58,712 nt of DNA from a virus (lineage: Duplodnaviria; Caudoviricetes): the IMG/VR virus record IMGVR_UViG_3300049489_000482, positions 1 through 58,712 of that record; one strand, 5' to 3'. The notes under the pieces are model-generated. The model ran no database searches. It was not told the origin of the DNA and saw only the letters and a program-made list of their open reading frames with translations. Positions 54,647 to 58,712 of the stretch are shown here, piece by piece. Position 1 is the stretch's first letter. Each line of letters starts with the position of its first letter. Position numbers and translations under genes: made by a program.

Positions 54647-57600
54647 CTACACCGAAATGCGCGCCATGCGGTCGTCGGTGATCAACGTCAACCGCTGGCC
54701 GCTAGTCGCTGCTATCTCGGTGACGCCCGCCATGCATGAAATCACCTCCGGCGTGCCGCTGGCTTCCAGCCACTCCCGCGCCGCGGTGTGCTCGCCCATC
54801 AGGCTCTGCATGTATGCCCTGTCCCCGGTCCACCAGTCCGTCACCTCCACGCCCCATGTCCCCACCGGCACCGCGTAAAGCGTGACGACGCCATCGCCGA
54901 CCACCTCGCACTCCAATCGCATCTCGGATTGCTCCAAGTAGCGGTAGATCGTCTCCGCGTCCCGGAGCGCCTGCGTGCCTTCGGTTGGCACGTCGTGTTC
55001 CCAAATTCCCCGCGCAATGTTCAGCCCGCCGTGAACGGCCACCTCTACTCCGCCGATCGTTGTGTATCCGGTCAGTTTTCCGTCGTCTGGAAACGGCAGC
55101 GGCTCGGCGTTGACGTCCTTCAGCCCGTATTCGTAGCTGGCTCCGGTGTCCACAGAGAATCCGTAAGGTGACAACACCGTCACTCTGTTGCCGTAGTTGT
55201 ATTCTGCCAAATTGATGACCCTGGCCACCCGCGGCACCGCGCCGTGAATTTCGACGCCGACGTGCATGCTGTAGCGTATCGGTCCGGCTCCTGGTGCTCG
55301 GTTGACCGTGTTCCAGACGTCGTACGCCAGCGGCGCCGCCTTCCAGTTCGCGGTTTCGGAGTCCATCGGCAGAGTGAAGCAGACACGTTTTTTCCAATTC
55401 ATCGCGACGCTTGAGGTGGTCCAATTGCCGCGGCCATCGTCGTAAACCATCGCGATTCTTTGCTGCGCTGTAGCGGTGCTGCCGATGAAGCCCGTGTGAT
55501 CCGTGGCGTCCGCGGTGTTGAAGCACTCGATGCCGGTTGCCCCGGTCAGGTATCCCGAGACCTCCGAGACGTCTGGCAACTCCCGCACGCCCAGTTTCAA
55601 CGGAACGCGGACCTCGTTGTATTCAAAGGTCAACCCGAAATCCTCCACCAGTGTTTGAAAGTCGCCGATTGTCACCCACTTCGCGCTGGTGAACTCCGGC
55701 AGGTTCACGCTTTCCACGCGTCCCGGCACCGCTATCATCGCATTGCCAATGTCGCGATCCGTGGTGTCCCATGTCACCGCTCCGAATGTGACATCCATGT
55801 CCCCCGCGTAGCTGTATCGACCGCCTTCCGGTCCGGTGCGGGACGTCAGTTCGATGGTCGCCGCCGTGGCGACGGTGAACGCTGCGGCCCGGTTGGCTGT
55901 CACTTTATAGGTTGACCACCCCGCCATGTCCGCCGCCTCTTTCAGGATTCCTTTCGCCGTCAGGTAGTGCAGCCATGACGCCGCGCTCCCGGTGGTGCCG
56001 TGAACGATTGCAAACGCATCTCGCGGAGCCACAGCCCATTTCGCGCTCCACAACCACAACCGTTGCTCTCCCGTGAACGCCACCCCTGGCGGGTCGATGT
56101 CGAAATTGAGGACCGTGTTTCCGTACGGCACCCGAATCGCCCGCCACGACAGTGGCCGCGCCGTCTTCACTTGGTTCACGGCTTGTGCCATCGCGTTGTA
56201 ATGTTCGACCACCATCACCATTGCGGTCGTGCCACGTTCCGACGGCCCGCCAGTGGCTCGTGCTTGATTCGGGTCACCTGTGAGCAGAAACACCCACTGA
56301 TTGAACCACGCCGCGCTGGCTGAATTGCGAATGTAAGCCGCCACGCCGTCCAAGCACCGCCAAAGCCCGGTGGTGAAGAACCGAGATCCCGCGCCTACGG
56401 CGTCGGTGTCGTCGATCGCCTGCTGGCGTTTACCCACGATCTGCCGCAACAACTTCACCCCAGTGCTTTCCGCCGCCTGATACGGCACGCCGAAGTCCGA
56501 TCCGTCTGGCCCATAGACCTCGTCTCGGTAGCCGTTGACCGTTGGCCTGGCGACGAGTGGTGAATGGAAGCCAGCATTGGCTCGTCCCCACTGCCCGAAC
56601 CCCCAGCCATGCTTGCGGAAGCGAGCGGCGTGCTTCAGTTGCCATTTTCCTGCCCCAGCGTTGTAGGTGTAGGTGTTGCCGTATCGGTTCTTGTATTGCC
56701 GGCACCAGTGCGGTGCCAGCGGCGTCGCTGCCGCGGTGGTAATTGCCGGCAGTGGTGCCGGCTCGACGCTTTCCACCCACGTCATTACCCACCCCTCTGG
56801 TGTCAGTGTCAGGTCAGGCACCGAATACGAGACGTAGTCGTCGTTCTGACTCAACCTGGCGCTGTCGCCAAAATGCTGCAGCGTCATCAGCTCATCGATG
56901 GTCAGCGTTTGCGGCGCCGTCACATCCAGCGCTGTCGGTGGCGTGCTTTCCACCAAGGTTTCCGGCGCGTCGCCAGTCACCACTTGCAGCGTTCCGTATT
57001 CATCGTAAAAGCTGACCTGCGGGGCCGGGCCGTTGGCGACCGTGCGTTGTGTGATCCTGTATCTCGCCCGGGTTCCCAAGTTGAATTGTTCCAAACCGCG
57101 CACGTCCTGACCGTCCACCCCTGTGTCCTCCATCACGCGATTTTCCAACTCGTAGCGATCCGACGTTGTCCACAGCGCGAACCCTGTCGGTAGCACTTGA
57201 TACGCGGCGTCCCCGCTCCGCACCGGGTTTTTGAGAATGTTCGTGCTGCCGGTCATAACGAACACGTATTTGTCAGCCAGCGCATGTCCGAGTTGCCAGT
57301 TCCCGCCGGCCGCGGTCGTGACCGCGATTCCCGCGGACGCAAAGTCCGACACCACGGTTGTCGTGTCGCCCGGACTGCGCGACACCCCCTTGAAGTTTAA
57401 CGTGTGCAGGGTGTGCGCGGTGTTCGGCCAGGGCGACTTCGCTGTCTTGCGGACGTAGAGCTGGCCTTGATGCCAGAACATATCAGCGACCTTGGCATTC
57501 GCTCTGAATGCCAGTGCGCCTCCGGTTTCCGATTTCGGCCGCAGGCACGCCAGTTTCCCTTGTTCAAACGCCGCGGTGTCTGGCTGGAATGTGGACCCGA

Positions 57601-58702
57601 TGTCGCACAACTCATGCACGTCCACATCAAAGGCCGCGTATCGCTTCGTGCCTTCGCTGTCGGTCATCCACGCGATCCAGTCGTACACCTGCGCCGGGTT
57701 GATGATGTTGCTGGCTTGCATGGCTCCAGCCGCCGTCATCAAGTGTTCCGCTATCGGGTCAACCGCAGTCGCCTGCACCGCCGGGTCTGTGTAGTAGGAG
57801 TTGCCCGTGTTTGATGGATGCGACGGCCAAAACCAGAAGCATCGCGGGTCCGTGGCTTCGACGGTGAAAAAGTATCTTCCGGTGACGTAGTTTTCCCAGT
57901 CACCAAGCCCGCTGTTACCAGATGGATTCCAGTGCCTCCGCACCGTCTTGCATTCGTACGCCGACAGCGTGACCGTGATCTCCGCGGTGTTTGCGCGGTT
58001 TCGGAACCGCACCACCGATTCTGCGGATTGCAGGTTGTGCAGTCGGAAGCATCGGTATTTGTCCCACCCCGACTCGATGGTCACGTCGGTCTGCCCCTCC
58101 AAAATGATCTCCGCGACCGCCCACTCGTAACGCTTTTCCGGCACCGGGCAACCGGCCTCCTTGACGAAGTGCAGCACCCCACTGCTCGGGTGCGCTAGGA
58201 CGTGCGCTTGCAGTGAGTGCTCGCACAGCGGAATGGCTCCGTATTGAAACAGGCCGTTCGTGTATGCGCCCGGCCCAATCCTCGGCACCGTGACGATGCG
58301 GTTGGCGGTGTCCCAGGATGTCGGCACCGCGGCCGCCACGGCGCTGGCAAACACGCTGTGGGAATACGCGCGCACAGTGGTCGCTGTCACAGACCCGCCC
58401 GTGGGCGGGTGTGTTACCGTGGTCGTGGTCACCGCGGCTCCAGGCAGGTATTGGCTGAACGCGGTTGCTCCCGCCGTGAAGAAAAAGCACTTGCCCAGCA
58501 GGTGATACGGTTGCCCCGCGTAGCGCGGGAACCGCACGTCGCCGCCGACGTTGCCGAACGTCGTCTTGTCCTCGCGGTTGACCAACAAAAACGACCGGCC
58601 TCCAAGCACCGTCTCCAGTTTGTCCTCGAACGCACCCCACAATGCGTTCATCGGAGCCGGTGTGATCGCCTCAAAGCCGGCGAGGTAGTTTACGGAAGCC
58701 AT
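54647..58702 (-). CDS. Large virion structural protein (tail tip/adhesin candidate)
   Basis: 1351 aa; follows the hub-like gene across the circular join; no recognised domain. Confidence 0.55.
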   Translation of the reverse strand: MASVNYLAGFEAITPAPMNALWGAFEDKLETVLGGRSFLLVNREDKTTFGNVGGDVRFPRYAGQPYHLLGKCFFFTAGATAFSQYLPGAAVTTTTVTHPPTGGSVTATTVRAYSHSVFASAVAAAVPTSWDTANRIVTVPRIGPGAYTNGLFQYGAIPLCEHSLQAHVLAHPSSGVLHFVKEAGCPVPEKRYEWAVAEIILEGQTDVTIESGWDKYRCFRLHNLQSAESVVRFRNRANTAEITVTLSAYECKTVRRHWNPSGNSGLGDWENYVTGRYFFTVEATDPRCFWFWPSHPSNTGNSYYTDPAVQATAVDPIAEHLMTAAGAMQASNIINPAQVYDWIAWMTDSEGTKRYAAFDVDVHELCDIGSTFQPDTAAFEQGKLACLRPKSETGGALAFRANAKVADMFWHQGQLYVRKTAKSPWPNTAHTLHTLNFKGVSRSPGDTTTVVSDFASAGIAVTTAAGGNWQLGHALADKYVFVMTGSTNILKNPVRSGDAAYQVLPTGFALWTTSDRYELENRVMEDTGVDGQDVRGLEQFNLGTRARYRITQRTVANGPAPQVSFYDEYGTLQVVTGDAPETLVESTPPTALDVTAPQTLTIDELMTLQHFGDSARLSQNDDYVSYSVPDLTLTPEGWVMTWVESVEPAPLPAITTAAATPLAPHWCRQYKNRYGNTYTYNAGAGKWQLKHAARFRKHGWGFGQWGRANAGFHSPLVARPTVNGYRDEVYGPDGSDFGVPYQAAESTGVKLLRQIVGKRQQAIDDTDAVGAGSRFFTTGLWRCLDGVAAYIRNSASAAWFNQWVFLLTGDPNQARATGGPSERGTTAMVMVVEHYNAMAQAVNQVKTARPLSWRAIRVPYGNTVLNFDIDPPGVAFTGEQRLWLWSAKWAVAPRDAFAIVHGTTGSAASWLHYLTAKGILKEAADMAGWSTYKVTANRAAAFTVATAATIELTSRTGPEGGRYSYAGDMDVTFGAVTWDTTDRDIGNAMIAVPGRVESVNLPEFTSAKWVTIGDFQTLVEDFGLTFEYNEVRVPLKLGVRELPDVSEVSGYLTGATGIECFNTADATDHTGFIGSTATAQQRIAMVYDDGRGNWTTSSVAMNWKKRVCFTLPMDSETANWKAAPLAYDVWNTVNRAPGAGPIRYSMHVGVEIHGAVPRVARVINLAEYNYGNRVTVLSPYGFSVDTGASYEYGLKDVNAEPLPFPDDGKLTGYTTIGGVEVAVHGGLNIARGIWEHDVPTEGTQALRDAETIYRYLEQSEMRLECEVVGDGVVTLYAVPVGTWGVEVTDWWTGDRAYMQSLMGEHTAAREWLEASGTPEVISCMAGVTEIAATSGQRLTLITDDRMARISV

Positions 58703-58712
58703 ACCGGCTTGT
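58591..58712. repeat. Terminal direct repeat, right copy
   Basis: Identical to 37-158. Confidence 0.95.

Noticed and set aside
54647-58702. Diversity-generating retroelement target
   Set aside because: No reverse transcriptase or template/variable repeat pair seen.
1-58712. tRNA or rRNA genes
   Set aside because: None recognised by eye; tRNAscan-SE is needed to exclude them.

Overview
The window is a complete, circularly permuted tailed-phage genome of about 58.55 kb: nt 37-158 are identical to nt 58591-58712, and essentially all credible genes are on the minus strand. It carries a Mu-like head module (terminase, DUF935-type portal, gpI-type protease/scaffold, capsid), a probably non-contractile tail, lambdoid-type replication genes and several DNA methyltransferases. 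No transposase, conventional phage integrase or recognisable endolysin was found. Two systems stand out. (1) A phage-borne integron: an IntI-type integrase (40413-41363), an attI-like site and eight attC-bounded cassettes (41393-~44410). Seven cassettes have 9-16 bp complementary ends. The ORFs run antisense to the attC sites, often starting or ending inside them, and appear to be read from a distal promoter toward intI. Two further cassette-like units sit elsewhere in the genome. (2) A probable head-cargo polyprotein system. An [F/A/V]-A-N-E motif recurs in the scaffold, capsid, cement and portal proteins, and it marks the domain boundaries of a 1554-aa MuF protein (MuF, split pyrophosphatase, NUDIX, kinase-like, ADP-ribosyltransferase). 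Three sites are followed by a shared Cys tag. Also seen: a dispersed 16-bp palindrome (KorB/parS-like), a second operator-plus-leader motif, and an internally deleted C5-methyltransferase. All family calls come from motif recognition by eye, not from database searches.
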